Below, one piece after another: positions 39,367 through 49,462 of a stretch of DNA of 64,000 nt; the stretch's first letter is position 1; each line of letters starts with the position of its first letter. The DNA is taken from positions 45,076 to 109,075 of IMG/VR virus record IMGVR_UViG_3300033121_001869, one strand, 5' to 3'. The notes under the pieces were generated by a model. It was not told the DNA's origin, did not search any database, and saw only the letters and a list, made by a program, of their open reading frames with translations. Made by a program: the position numbers and the translations under genes. Source of the DNA: a virus. Taxonomy: Duplodnaviria > Heunggongvirae > Uroviricota > Caudoviricetes.

Positions 39367-40905
39367 ATGAATATTCAAGATTTTAAATCGTTTCTAGAGA
39401 AGAATCTAAGCTTAGCAGATTTAGAAAAAACATCAAAAGGAGGAGGATTAAGAGGTGATATTTTAATTAATAAAATTAAAAATGAAGAGCCTATGAAGTT
39501 GACTTCGGGAGATGATGTTGTCGTACAAACTGATATTGATAAACTAACTGATGATAAACAGAAATACTCACCAAAGAAAGCTAAAAAGTTTCTTTTAAAA
39601 CCAAACACAAATAGATATGATCAGAAATTTGTAGATGAAGATGGGGAAACATATAAACTATCTGACTTTGTTAAAATTGGAGAATTCTCTGATAATGAAA
39701 GAGGAACATCTTTAGGAACTAAGGATACTAGAATAGTTGAAAGCGTTCAAACACTGGTATTATCTTATAAACAATCCATGATAAGAAATGGTGATTACAA
39801 ATATTTATCCTCAAATATCTTTGAAGAAGAAGATATCTTAGATAAATTAATGGAATTTAAAGATATAACAGCATTTATAGCTGATGTTGAAATCAATGAT
39901 ATTGAAAGGTTTTCCGGGTGGTATGAAACGTTTATAAAGACAGCAAATGCATTTATTCATCGAGGAAGAATTAGTGTACTATCAAATAGAATCTATTATA
40001 ATTTTTATCAAATGTCACATAAAGGTGATTTTATACAAGCTCTAACTGATGCATATAATAGATGTTGCAGAAAAACAATGGGACTTGGATTAAAGCAAGG
40101 AAGAACAATAAATATGGCAAAATGGTCTCCTAGTGATATTTGGGCAATAAATAGAACTAAAGAATCTGAAATAATTAAAAAATTAAATAATCCAACATTA
40201 ATATCGGATATAAATGACTTGAATAATTATATTGATAATTTATTTGATACTAAAAATTTAGTTGGGCTGTCACTAAAGAAACTACCAGAAATTCACAGTG
40301 CATTTCCTATAATAATAAATAAGGAAGCTCCTCGACCAAAATATACTATTGATAATTTCGTTTTTTCTCGAAACCCATTTACAAAAAATATCAAAATAGT
40401 TCTAAATAGAAACCTAAAACAATACTCCGGTAAAGATAGTCTGACAATAAGGAACTTCACAAGTGGACTTTCAAACATAGGTATTGAAGTTGATGGTGTT
40501 AGCTCAAGACAAGGAAAATTAACATCTCTAGAAACTATAAATCAATATTTGAAAAGTAAAAAATATCCATTGATTCCAGATGCCAAAACATTAGATTCAA
40601 AATTTACTAAAGATCACTTAATTAATAAAGTATTTTCATTAGATCAGAAATTAAAAAGTAATGATAGAACTGATGAGAGGGGACAAGAGAGAAATAAAAA
40701 ATTTGGAAATACAGTATCAAAAGAAGCATTAATCTGTAAATATCAGGGGTTATTATTAGTCCAATTTCTAATAGAGTGTTTAGTCAAAGGTGGATATGGG
40801 AAAACCAAAGCTAACTCAATTATAAATTCAATGATGTATTATGCACTTTCTATTGAAAATGATTATTTTAAATGTCCTAAATATGCTCGTGTAATTGATT
40901 ATTAA
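39367..40905 (+). CDS. large hypothetical protein, possible PD-(D/E)xK nuclease, N-terminal tag
   Basis: KWSPSDIWAI...LVGLSLKK; MNIQDFKSFLE; TAATATATA at 39353-39361. Confidence 0.6.
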   Translation: MNIQDFKSFLEKNLSLADLEKTSKGGGLRGDILINKIKNEEPMKLTSGDDVVVQTDIDKLTDDKQKYSPKKAKKFLLKPNTNRYDQKFVDEDGETYKLSDFVKIGEFSDNERGTSLGTKDTRIVESVQTLVLSYKQSMIRNGDYKYLSSNIFEEEDILDKLMEFKDITAFIADVEINDIERFSGWYETFIKTANAFIHRGRISVLSNRIYYNFYQMSHKGDFIQALTDAYNRCCRKTMGLGLKQGRTINMAKWSPSDIWAINRTKESEIIKKLNNPTLISDINDLNNYIDNLFDTKNLVGLSLKKLPEIHSAFPIIINKEAPRPKYTIDNFVFSRNPFTKNIKIVLNRNLKQYSGKDSLTIRNFTSGLSNIGIEVDGVSSRQGKLTSLETINQYLKSKKYPLIPDAKTLDSKFTKDHLINKVFSLDQKLKSNDRTDERGQERNKKFGNTVSKEALICKYQGLLLVQFLIECLVKGGYGKTKANSIINSMMYYALSIENDYFKCPKYARVIDY

Positions 40906-41423
40906 GATAATAAGCTCCGAATTTTTATTTGTCTATATAAACTATTAAATTCCTCTCTAATTTCATCGCTAAAAATATAATATGATTTATTTGTATACCA
41001 ATCATAATCCTGAGCCTGTACCGATTTATTTACATAATCATAACAATCTTTTACAATATCCATTGAATCGAACTTCTTACAGTAAAAAATAATATTATCA
41101 ATAATATTGAAATTTATTTTTTTAAATCCATAAAAAAAAGATGTTTTTGCATAATTACAAAAATAGTGCTCAATATTCACCTTGTGATTTTCAATCGTTG
41201 AGAATTTTGGATTTGAAAAAAGAGGTGATACCAGATAAAATTCACTTTGAGAAATTTTGGGAATTAACCATAAAATTTCCTTAGACAGTCTATCATCAAA
41301 ATAAATTTCAATATAGTCTTTCTTACAATTCATTATAGGTATCCAAACTAATTTCTTTTTGAAAACTAATCCATTAGATATTTTCCAATCCTCCTTATTC
41401 AATATAATATTATTAATATCCAT
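40902..41423 (-). CDS. hypothetical protein with C-terminal tag
   Basis: ends YRQIKIRSLLS. Confidence 0.65.
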   Translation of the reverse strand: MDINNIILNKEDWKISNGLVFKKKLVWIPIMNCKKDYIEIYFDDRLSKEILWLIPKISQSEFYLVSPLFSNPKFSTIENHKVNIEHYFCNYAKTSFFYGFKKINFNIIDNIIFYCKKFDSMDIVKDCYDYVNKSVQAQDYDWYTNKSYYIFSDEIREEFNSLYRQIKIRSLLS

Positions 41424-41751
41424 TATAATACTCCTTTATTATCTTCATTACTAACTCTTTATCCTTTTCCCTTGTTCTATAAGTTTGGTTTTTTGGTTTT
41501 ACATCCCTATACCTAGATCCCCGTTTCGCACTATTCGGTGAATATTTGGATTTATATTTTGTATCATTTTTAGTTGTTGTCAATGTTTTTAAGAAAAAAA
41601 AGTCTTTTCTTCCAATAAAATCTGTCCAAGATGGGCATGCGATATAATCACCATTAGAAGTATAAAATTGATGCCATTCACCATGAAATCTTTTTAACCT
41701 CTTGATATAAACTCTTTCTAAATGATATCTCCGCCATTCCTTGCTTCGCAT
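41413..41751 (-). CDS. basic hypothetical protein
   Basis: 112-aa Lys/Arg-rich ORF; TAACTTTG upstream on minus strand. Confidence 0.6.
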   Translation of the reverse strand: MRSKEWRRYHLERVYIKRLKRFHGEWHQFYTSNGDYIACPSWTDFIGRKDFFFLKTLTTTKNDTKYKSKYSPNSAKRGSRYRDVKPKNQTYRTREKDKELVMKIIKEYYNGY

Positions 41752-41794
41752 ATAATATTTACTAATTAATATATATCTTTACAATCGCAAAGTT

Positions 41795-42475
41795 ATGAAA
41801 ATGAAATGGATTAAAAAATTCGAAGCTAAAAGAAAAGTGCAAAATCTACATAAAGTTGATGACGCATCTAAAAAAACAGAATATCTTGAAAAGTGTCAAG
41901 ATATTGATGAAATGTCATACATATCCTTTGATAGTTTTTATAAATCTTTGGATTTCGATATTTTCTCTAAACATGATTATAATAAATTCTATTCTTCAGG
42001 AATTGCAATTCACCATGATGTTAAATCAGCAACATATGGTCAAATTGATGGTGTTTATATTTCAAGCTCTGAATATGGAAGAAGTGATCACTATCTTAAA
42101 GATCTTGTAGAATGGCAAAAAAGAAACGCATTTTTATTTGCTGAAGTAAATACGGGTGGGGCATCAGGAGGAAGTTGCTGGGATGGAATGCCTGGATATG
42201 AAGATAGTGGACCAAGAGAATACTATGGAAGTTCATTAGATCTTCATGAATTTATTTATAGTTATCTAAAGCCAATATTTGATTCAATATTAAATAATTA
42301 TGCGAATGATAAAAGTTCTACTGAGTTATGTGACATATTGTATAATAATCCAAACATTATAAAAGAAGATGATAGAAGCAATTATGAATATTATGGCAAT
42401 TATGATAATTATTCAGCATACTATATAACATTGGGTGACTTATTTGAATTCCTATTAAAAAATGGTTCTTTTTAA
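41795..42475 (+). CDS. hypothetical protein, N-terminal tag
   Basis: MKWIKKFE; TGGASGGSCWD motif. Confidence 0.7.
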   Translation: MKMKWIKKFEAKRKVQNLHKVDDASKKTEYLEKCQDIDEMSYISFDSFYKSLDFDIFSKHDYNKFYSSGIAIHHDVKSATYGQIDGVYISSSEYGRSDHYLKDLVEWQKRNAFLFAEVNTGGASGGSCWDGMPGYEDSGPREYYGSSLDLHEFIYSYLKPIFDSILNNYANDKSSTELCDILYNNPNIIKEDDRSNYEYYGNYDNYSAYYITLGDLFEFLLKNGSF

Positions 42476-42891
42476 TGTCGAATATATTATTCATAGTTGG
42501 TCTACCTGGATCTGGAAAAACCAGATTAGCAAAATCTATTAATCAAGATAGCAATTTGAAATATAAAATTATTGATGATCCAAAAAACTTTGCTACCGAT
42601 ATCGAACCATATCTAAAAGAAGATCTAATAATAACAGATCCTAATCTTTGTTTTGAATCAAATAGAATTAAAGCTGTAAATAAGATTCATAGTATAGATA
42701 ATACTATTAAAATAGATTGGATTTTTTTTGAAAATGATCCGAAAAATTGTCTAATCAATTCAGATGTTAGAAACAGAGTTAATAGAATATCATTTAAGCC
42801 TGTAAAAAAGGTAGATTCATTTATTAAAAATCTAAGCCAATATTATACAATACCAAAAGATTCAAATATTGTATCTGTATATCAAGGCTAA
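42475..42891 (+). CDS. P-loop kinase-like protein
   Basis: FIVGLPGSGKT Walker A. Confidence 0.7.
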   Translation: MSNILFIVGLPGSGKTRLAKSINQDSNLKYKIIDDPKNFATDIEPYLKEDLIITDPNLCFESNRIKAVNKIHSIDNTIKIDWIFFENDPKNCLINSDVRNRVNRISFKPVKKVDSFIKNLSQYYTIPKDSNIVSVYQG

Positions 42892-43613
42892 TCAGATACA
42901 AATACCTTAAATTTATTATCACCAGCCGATAAAATTCGGTGATATCCATCTATAATTTTATACTTATTTCCAAATTTTCTAACAACACCTCTTGGTAAAG
43001 TATATTTATCATCATAAAAAATATAATTGTTATATTTTAATGGTAAAGATTTTTCAATATTTGAAATATGATTTTTATTCAATGCACTAAAATCAATATC
43101 TGATTTATCTATTTCAATTAAATTAAACTCAGAATTGGATATATCATCTAATAAATATCCATATTCTATTGATAAAACATATTTTATTTTATCAGATAAA
43201 TTATCAAATGATAATACTTTCTCACACAATTCAATAATTAAATTAAATGTAATCTTATCCAAATAAACATCACCAATCTCATCACCATAATATCCACCCA
43301 CAACGCTTATATTCCAGGTATCTGAATGGTATAATTTATATTTTGTAATAATTCTATTAATACAATAAATATCAATTTGTTCACCACCATAGAAAATGGT
43401 ATCAATTTTTAAATTTCTTTTTCCAGACTTTGTTCTAGGATGCATTAATTCATCATAGATATGCTCTGACATTCTCATAATATCGACATGTGTGACACGT
43501 GCATCATAAATTTGACCGCATCGGCATATCCCCTCAGATACACACCCAGAGTCAGAACAACTATAATCTGTTTCATAGTCATACAGAACAATATCATTAA
43601 ATCGATTTTCCAA
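42888..43613 (-). CDS. hypothetical protein with C-terminal ParB/Srx-like motif
   Basis: IIDGYHRI. Confidence 0.6.
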   Translation of the reverse strand: MENRFNDIVLYDYETDYSCSDSGCVSEGICRCGQIYDARVTHVDIMRMSEHIYDELMHPRTKSGKRNLKIDTIFYGGEQIDIYCINRIITKYKLYHSDTWNISVVGGYYGDEIGDVYLDKITFNLIIELCEKVLSFDNLSDKIKYVLSIEYGYLLDDISNSEFNLIEIDKSDIDFSALNKNHISNIEKSLPLKYNNYIFYDDKYTLPRGVVRKFGNKYKIIDGYHRILSAGDNKFKVFVSD

Positions 43614-43959
43614 GATTTCTTTTAACTCTTGTTTTACAAAATTGGGTATTGTTAACTTGTTTTAAAAAATATACCCTATTACTTTTTAATTCATTTAAGG
43701 CTCTTATTAGTAATTTTCCATTCAAATCTCCCCAAGGAATTGGAAGAACTTTATCCTTATAATAAAAATTACCTCTACCAAATCTATTTATTCTATCAGT
43801 TGAATTTGGGATTGGTTCTATTGGTGTATCAAAAAATAAATAGGAATTGGCTGGAACATCACAAATTTTCCTTTTTTCGTTATAAACTCTAAAAACCTCT
43901 TCTATCAAATGTTTCTTGATAAAGTTACTTTTTGTATTATTATTTTTCACAACTACCAT
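43597..43959 (-). CDS. hypothetical protein
   Basis: 120-aa ORF. Confidence 0.6.
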   Translation of the reverse strand: MVVVKNNNTKSNFIKKHLIEEVFRVYNEKRKICDVPANSYLFFDTPIEPIPNSTDRINRFGRGNFYYKDKVLPIPWGDLNGKLLIRALNELKSNRVYFLKQVNNTQFCKTRVKRNLGKSI

Positions 43960-43975
43960 TTTAATTTTAAAAATT

Positions 43976-44186
43976 ATAAAAAGAGAGAGTAACCAGCCTT
44001 CTGCTTTATCGTGTAATTTGTCTATTGTCCTCTACCTCGATATCATCGCGTCGCTCACCCGCTAATCTGTTTTGAGTTTATCCCTCGGTGGTCAATCAAA
44101 CTTTCAGTTTCCCTACTAATTCTCCCACCTTAAGCGAAGGATGGCTGAGTTTTCTCACCGTAGTGCTACACGTCCTCTCTTTTTAT
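43976..44186 (-). ncRNA. rnpB: compact RNase P RNA
   Basis: 12-bp P1 (ATAAAAAGAGAG/CTCTCTTTTTAT), P2 CGTGTAG/TTACACG, P3 CAC-TACG-GTG, P4 AACTCAGCC/GGCTGGTT with bulged U, GGATAAAC, GAGCGA, TAGACAAAT and GCAGAA conserved-region matches. Confidence 0.85.
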
Positions 44187-44398
44187 TTTATACATTCTGT
44201 AATTATAATATCTTTAACTCCATAAAAAACAGAATATTCACCATTTCTATTTTTTTCATTATAAAAGTTTATGACTTTATTCCTGGCGGATTCTAAATCA
44301 CTCGCCATAACTATATGTAATTTGGTTTCATTCTTCCTACCATTATCCATATAGTATGTTTTATAATACTCAACTTGTGCCAAAAACAATAATTCCAT
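44183..44398 (-). CDS. small hypothetical protein
   Basis: 71-aa ORF ending at the RNase P RNA 5' end. Confidence 0.55.
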   Translation of the reverse strand: MELLFLAQVEYYKTYYMDNGRKNETKLHIVMASDLESARNKVINFYNEKNRNGEYSVFYGVKDIIITECIK

Positions 44399-44799
44399 TA
44401 TTTTATAAATTTATTATTAACAAATCCTCTATGAAAATATCTATAATCACTTATATCAACACCATCAATCACTTTAATATAGTGTAAAATTAACCCTATA
44501 ATATTTTGACGACCATTTGTATTATCAGTATGTACATACCAATCGGGAAATTTTTTTCCCAGTGTTAAACACTTATTGATAACATATTCACACGCCGTTT
44601 TACCAGTAAATTCACCATTTTCACGAAAACACGCCAAATCATGATCGAATGATATAAGTTCAATTTTATCTAAATGATTATCAATGATTTCATAAAAATC
44701 AACATCATTTCGTACAATAGTAAAATCCAAATTCCCCAAACCCTTATTTTCATTATGGCTCTGGTCAATTCGTCTTAAATCATCTAAAAATACTCTCAT
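44398..44799 (-). CDS. cyclic-phosphate-processing receiver-like domain protein (start MRVFLDDLR; track start 44988 is too long)
   Basis: FLDDLR, ISFDHDL, TGK, HTDN..G motifs. Confidence 0.7.
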   Translation of the reverse strand: MRVFLDDLRRIDQSHNENKGLGNLDFTIVRNDVDFYEIIDNHLDKIELISFDHDLACFRENGEFTGKTACEYVINKCLTLGKKFPDWYVHTDNTNGRQNIIGLILHYIKVIDGVDISDYRYFHRGFVNNKFIK

Positions 44800-44845
44800 A
44801 AAAGGTAAAGATAAGGAATTATTTACATATTTTAATATATAAGTA

Positions 44846-45568
44846 GTGAAAAATGTTAAAAAATATAGAGATTTCTGTAATGAAGAAATAAACCTAAAAA
44901 ATGCACTTATAGGTGGGGCAATAGCCGCATCCACAATTGGTTGTGATTCAACAGAATTAAATAAGAGACAAGGCAGTGAATGGATCACAACACCAACTCC
45001 AATTGAAAGCGCAACCGAAATAAAAGAACTACCAAATAAATTTGAGATGGATGAAGTTATAATGACAATAGGAACAGATATGAATATTAATGTTGGTGAC
45101 CAACAAGTAGGAAAAGTTGAAGAAAGAACGCTAAATTGGGGTAAAACATTTGAATACTTTGATAATAAAGGTCACAAAATAGCAACAGGAAAAGAAAAAG
45201 CACTGAGTTTATTAACTACAATAGATATCTATGACAGTAATGATAAAAAAATAGGAACATTTGAAGAAGAATTATTTAAAAATTTCTTCTCTATAAAAAC
45301 ATATTATTCAATAAAAGATGCCTCAGGCAAATTAATTGCAGAATCAGAAAAACTGGATTGGTTATCAACTAATATAGAAATATTCTCACCGAGTGGTGAA
45401 ATTCTATGTAAAATGAAAAGACCGGCATTTAACTTACTAAGTGATAGTTGGAAAGTGGAGGTACTTGGAAATATTGATAAACGTCTAATAGTTTTCATAC
45501 CTTGTTATAAAACATCAGCCGATAATGAAAGGAAAAGTGAGGATGATAAAAATAACAATGAAGACTAA
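44846..45568 (+). CDS. LURP-one/scramblase-like protein with N-terminal tag and lipobox-like segment
   Basis: MKNVKKYRDFCNEE-INLKNALIGGAIAASTIG-C; repeated beta-hairpin units; DKRLIVFI. Confidence 0.65.
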   Translation: MKNVKKYRDFCNEEINLKNALIGGAIAASTIGCDSTELNKRQGSEWITTPTPIESATEIKELPNKFEMDEVIMTIGTDMNINVGDQQVGKVEERTLNWGKTFEYFDNKGHKIATGKEKALSLLTTIDIYDSNDKKIGTFEEELFKNFFSIKTYYSIKDASGKLIAESEKLDWLSTNIEIFSPSGEILCKMKRPAFNLLSDSWKVEVLGNIDKRLIVFIPCYKTSADNERKSEDDKNNNED

Positions 45569-45596
45569 TCCTTCAAAGAAACAGTCTATTTAAAAA

Positions 45597-46943
45597 ATGA
45601 GAAATATTAAAAAATTTGAAGCATTTTCTGATGAAATTCACATTCATCCAACACTTAGTAACTTTAATAAGGAAGATATGCAAGACTTTTATGATGAGTT
45701 TCAAATAATTGCTGATAGCTATAATCTAACTGAAGTTAAATTTATTGATCCAGATAATGAAATCAATCAATATAATATTGGTGTTCTTAGAAATGCCTTT
45801 ATAGAATTAGTATTATTTAAAGATAGTGATGAAATAATTGATGAATTAAAATCGTTCATTGAAAAAGTAAAACAATTTGGATGGAGAATAATCAATAAAA
45901 TTAATATTGAAAATTATGGTGAATATAAAGAGGTAACAATTGTATTTACTAAAAGAAATCTAACTGAATCAATTGATAATGAAAGCGATATAGAAAAATG
46001 GGAAAGCATTCAAGCACAGTATGATGTTTATCAACTCTATGATTTATTGGTTTATAAATATGGCCCGATATTCATTGATACAAAACAAAATATTGATGAG
46101 GATGAAGGTGATTATAATCCAGATTATATTTATGATGTTATTGAATTGGAACTTAAAAGTAAAAAATTATGGGACGATTTCATAAATAATTATGAGAGTT
46201 ATCAAAATGATAAAGATGAGGCAGATCCATTTCATTGGAAATATAGAAAAAAAATGCAGGATGATTTTACAAAGAATTTTAAATCTAGTTTGGAAAGCAT
46301 GAAATACATAAAAAGAATTAATGAACATATAATTGACTACGATTCTAAAAATATACGTGACTTTTACAATGATTTAATATCAGAATTAAAAAATACTCAA
46401 AGAATACCATTTGATAAAGTACAAGAAATTGGAAATAAAAATGATATAGAAGTTGTCGACTATAAAGGATTTAAAGATGAAATATCTGAAGATATGAAGA
46501 AAGGGGCTCCACCAAGTACAACTCCATTATTTGGTTTGGTTAATCCAAAAACTAAAAAAATAAGATTGGTAATAACTGTTCCTGCTATTGGCAGACCATT
46601 TGTAGAGATGGCATATCATATGATAAAACATGAAAATATACATATAGGTCAGTATGCAAGAAAAAATACCTCAATGGATAGCGAGGTTTTAGGAGATGTT
46701 AGAGATCTAAAAAAATATTTTTCAAATAAAGATGAGGTTATGGCATTTTCACAATCAATATCAGATATGATAATGGGTCGAGGTCCGAAGAATCTAAAAG
46801 ATGCTATTCAAAGAATAAAGAATAATGAATTATATAATGATATCAAAAAACATGTAGATGAAGAAATATTAAAAAGATATCAAAAATACATTTTTTTGTA
46901 TTTAGAAAAGGAATTTGAAAATGAGACATCTAAAAACATATGA
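45597..46943 (+). CDS. multi-module hypothetical protein, N-terminal and internal tags
   Basis: MRNIKKFE; internal MKYIKRINE at 46299; KHENIH possible HExxH. Confidence 0.7.
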   Translation: MRNIKKFEAFSDEIHIHPTLSNFNKEDMQDFYDEFQIIADSYNLTEVKFIDPDNEINQYNIGVLRNAFIELVLFKDSDEIIDELKSFIEKVKQFGWRIINKINIENYGEYKEVTIVFTKRNLTESIDNESDIEKWESIQAQYDVYQLYDLLVYKYGPIFIDTKQNIDEDEGDYNPDYIYDVIELELKSKKLWDDFINNYESYQNDKDEADPFHWKYRKKMQDDFTKNFKSSLESMKYIKRINEHIIDYDSKNIRDFYNDLISELKNTQRIPFDKVQEIGNKNDIEVVDYKGFKDEISEDMKKGAPPSTTPLFGLVNPKTKKIRLVITVPAIGRPFVEMAYHMIKHENIHIGQYARKNTSMDSEVLGDVRDLKKYFSNKDEVMAFSQSISDMIMGRGPKNLKDAIQRIKNNELYNDIKKHVDEEILKRYQKYIFLYLEKEFENETSKNI

Positions 46944-47706
46944 ATCCTATAAAGTCCTATTTGATAGAATTGACGACATACTAACAGGATGCGGTATGTT
47001 TGATGAATTTCCAGAGTTAAGGTTTAGTATTGAGAATTCAAAATGGTCTTATGCTATTGAAAGAATGATAGAATTTGGTGAAATATCTAAAGAAGATGCT
47101 GAAGATTTAGTTAAAAAATCATTTTTTATTGAGATTTTTGAAGATGTAGATATGTTAAGAAAAGAAGTTCTACATTATACAGAGCCAAAAATTTGGAAAA
47201 TAATTGAAGAAATTAATTTAAGATTAAAATCTTATGGACTTAAAGTATGTTATTCTGAATTTGGAGCAAATGATTTATCCTACGAATTAATAATAACTGA
47301 CATAAACTATAACTTTAAAAAATTAAATGAGTCTTCAATTGCAGCTTTAAAATACAAGTTTCGAAAAAATGATTTAATTCCGCAAGTTAAAGATATACTA
47401 AATGATTTAGATGATAATTTCCTAATATCAGAAGTTTTTTTCGAAGATCAAATCATCACATCATCTAAAACATTAGTAGTCAATATTAAAAAATCAGAAT
47501 GGGTTTCTAATATTAAAATATCAAAAATTTCAGATTCTATAAATCATATGATAGACTTCCTTAAAAAAGAAGGGTTTAATCTAAATTATCTATCCTATCA
47601 ATCTAGAGAAAGCGCAGTAGAGTCAATACCAATTAAGGATAATATAATAAGTGATATACCGGATATAATTTTTAATAATTTAGTATTAAAATTTATATCC
47701 CAATAG
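46915..47706 (+). CDS. hypothetical protein, N-terminal tag
   Basis: MRHLKTYESY; internal FKKLNES. Confidence 0.7.
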   Translation: MKMRHLKTYESYKVLFDRIDDILTGCGMFDEFPELRFSIENSKWSYAIERMIEFGEISKEDAEDLVKKSFFIEIFEDVDMLRKEVLHYTEPKIWKIIEEINLRLKSYGLKVCYSEFGANDLSYELIITDINYNFKKLNESSIAALKYKFRKNDLIPQVKDILNDLDDNFLISEVFFEDQIITSSKTLVVNIKKSEWVSNIKISKISDSINHMIDFLKKEGFNLNYLSYQSRESAVESIPIKDNIISDIPDIIFNNLVLKFISQ

Positions 47707-48040
47707 AAGATAATTTGTCTGATCTAATTTCTGATAAAACATATTCCAATCTTTTCTCATAAATAAATTCATCCAATGTTAATAAAGATCTTTCAAAATC
47801 GCTAAATTTTTTACCTTCAATTTTATTGTAATATGTGGTTTGTAATAAATTTGAATTAATATAAATGACACTATCAGTTATTTTCATAGCTAAGTAAATA
47901 TCATAATAAAAAAGAACTGAACTATCTTGATCTTTATATCTAGCCTCAGAAATTAAAATATCAATAACATCATCAAATTTAGTCCCATGATATTTATGAA
48001 TACTTTTTCTATAAATTTTTCTTGCTAATTGAATATTCAT
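47693..48040 (-). CDS. hypothetical protein with C-terminal tag
   Basis: ends IRSDKLSSIGI. Confidence 0.6.
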   Translation of the reverse strand: MNIQLARKIYRKSIHKYHGTKFDDVIDILISEARYKDQDSSVLFYYDIYLAMKITDSVIYINSNLLQTTYYNKIEGKKFSDFERSLLTLDEFIYEKRLEYVLSEIRSDKLSSIGI

Positions 48041-48270
48041 ATCCTTGATTCATAATACTTTATAGCATCATCAATAGATAATGGTATTGGAAAATCTTTA
48101 ACAATGAAATTTGGATTTTTTTCTTTCTTAGCTTTAAGTCTATCTATTTTCTTTTGAATTTTAATTTTCCTTTTAATAGATTCTATATCTGTATTTCTAC
48201 GTCTAAAATCACCAAATTCTATTCCACTAAAATAATTATCCATAATAATATATACTTTTATGATATTCAA
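48037..48270 (-). CDS. small hypothetical protein
   Basis: 77-aa ORF. Confidence 0.5.
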   Translation of the reverse strand: MNIIKVYIIMDNYFSGIEFGDFRRRNTDIESIKRKIKIQKKIDRLKAKKEKNPNFIVKDFPIPLSIDDAIKYYESRI

Positions 48271-48808
48271 TTATGAGATATTTGTTGAGGAAATGTCTAT
48301 GGCTCCTTTGTATCATGCAATCGAGTTTAAAAAAGGCGAAAAAGCTATAAGGTCAAATAAATTAGATTGTTATTCCTTTCAGAGAATTTGGGATGAAGGC
48401 AAAAGATTAAAAGATGATGATCCAGAATATTACAAGTCTAAATATCTAAGAGGAATATCACTGAGTAGAGATATTGAATATGCTAAAGTTTGGAATAATA
48501 TTGTATTTGAATTTGATCAATCTAAATTGAAAACAAAATGGAAAATAATACCTTACAATTGGGGATATTCAATTGGTGGTGGATATAGACAGAAAGAAAG
48601 AGCTAAAAGAGAACGTGAGGAATTTTTAATTACCGGAATCACAAAAGAGATTGACATAGAAAAACCATTTGGAAGTATTCAGCCGTTGGATAAATATTTG
48701 ACAGGATTTTGGATAGATTCCTTTATTAAAGGATTAAACGGATATGATACTAGATATTTAGAGAATCATGAATTATTTAAGGGATTTTTTAATCGAAGAA
48801 AAAATTAA
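48260..48808 (+). CDS. hypothetical protein, N-terminal tag
   Basis: MIFNYEIFVEE; LYH...ISLSR...EREE pattern is weakly ADP-ribosyltransferase-like. Confidence 0.6.
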   Translation: MIFNYEIFVEEMSMAPLYHAIEFKKGEKAIRSNKLDCYSFQRIWDEGKRLKDDDPEYYKSKYLRGISLSRDIEYAKVWNNIVFEFDQSKLKTKWKIIPYNWGYSIGGGYRQKERAKREREEFLITGITKEIDIEKPFGSIQPLDKYLTGFWIDSFIKGLNGYDTRYLENHELFKGFFNRRKN

Positions 48809-49014
48809 GACTTCTTCTTAACTTTCTTAGGAGGAGTTGTTTTAAAAGAAACTACTTTCTTTTTATTAATTGTTGGCATTCCAGATTCATCTTTTCCAAT
48901 TTCTTTAACAATTGTTTTTTTATTTTTAAATCTACCCATATAGATTGTATCACCAATATTTACTGGAATATTTATATCTTCATTTAATTCTATGAATGAT
49001 TTTATATACTTCAT
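48805..49014 (-). CDS. small hypothetical protein, N-terminal tag
   Basis: MKYIKSFIELNEDINIPVNIGDTIYMGRFKNK. Confidence 0.7.
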   Translation of the reverse strand: MKYIKSFIELNEDINIPVNIGDTIYMGRFKNKKTIVKEIGKDESGMPTINKKKVVSFKTTPPKKVKKKS

Positions 49015-49030
49015 ATTAGGTATATATATT

Positions 49031-49462
49031 AAGTTATGGAAGTAGGACTCGAATTTATAATTACGGCTTAATACTTATTCTTTGAGTATATATCCAAGCT
49101 TTAAATCTTTTTTCTGAAGCTATGTCTTCTTGTATTTTATATTCAACATATTTTCTATTTGTCATTTTAGATGTATGCTCAAATCTATCTTTGTATTTAA
49201 AATACGATTCACTTAAATTATATACTTCTTGACCGTCTTTAGTGTCAAAAATAAATACAAATTTTTCATCTAAAATATTTCTTATTTTATCAGATAATTC
49301 AAAGTCCTTATTTTCTCTGGCAATATTTCTATCATAGATTAATTCATCTATAAATTTTCCCTTAAAATCTCCCTCTGATATTATCATAATAATATCAAAA
49401 ATACAAATTAATATTTAAATCAAGAAATGAAAGTTATGGAAGTAGGACTCGAATTTATAATT
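49031..49462. repeat. 32-bp perfect direct repeat at 49031-49062 and 49431-49462
   Basis: aagttatggaagtaggactcgaatttataatt twice, 400 bp apart. Confidence 0.95.
49061..49387 (-). CDS. stand-alone CysRS C-terminal (anticodon-binding-like) domain protein
   Basis: RNIARENKDFELSDKIRNIL...DTKDG. Confidence 0.65.
   Translation of the reverse strand: MIISEGDFKGKFIDELIYDRNIARENKDFELSDKIRNILDEKFVFIFDTKDGQEVYNLSESYFKYKDRFEHTSKMTNRKYVEYKIQEDIASEKRFKAWIYTQRISIKP

Noticed and set aside
49031-49462. 32-bp repeat as a mini-CRISPR
   Set aside because: Only two copies, 368 bp apart, with a gene between them
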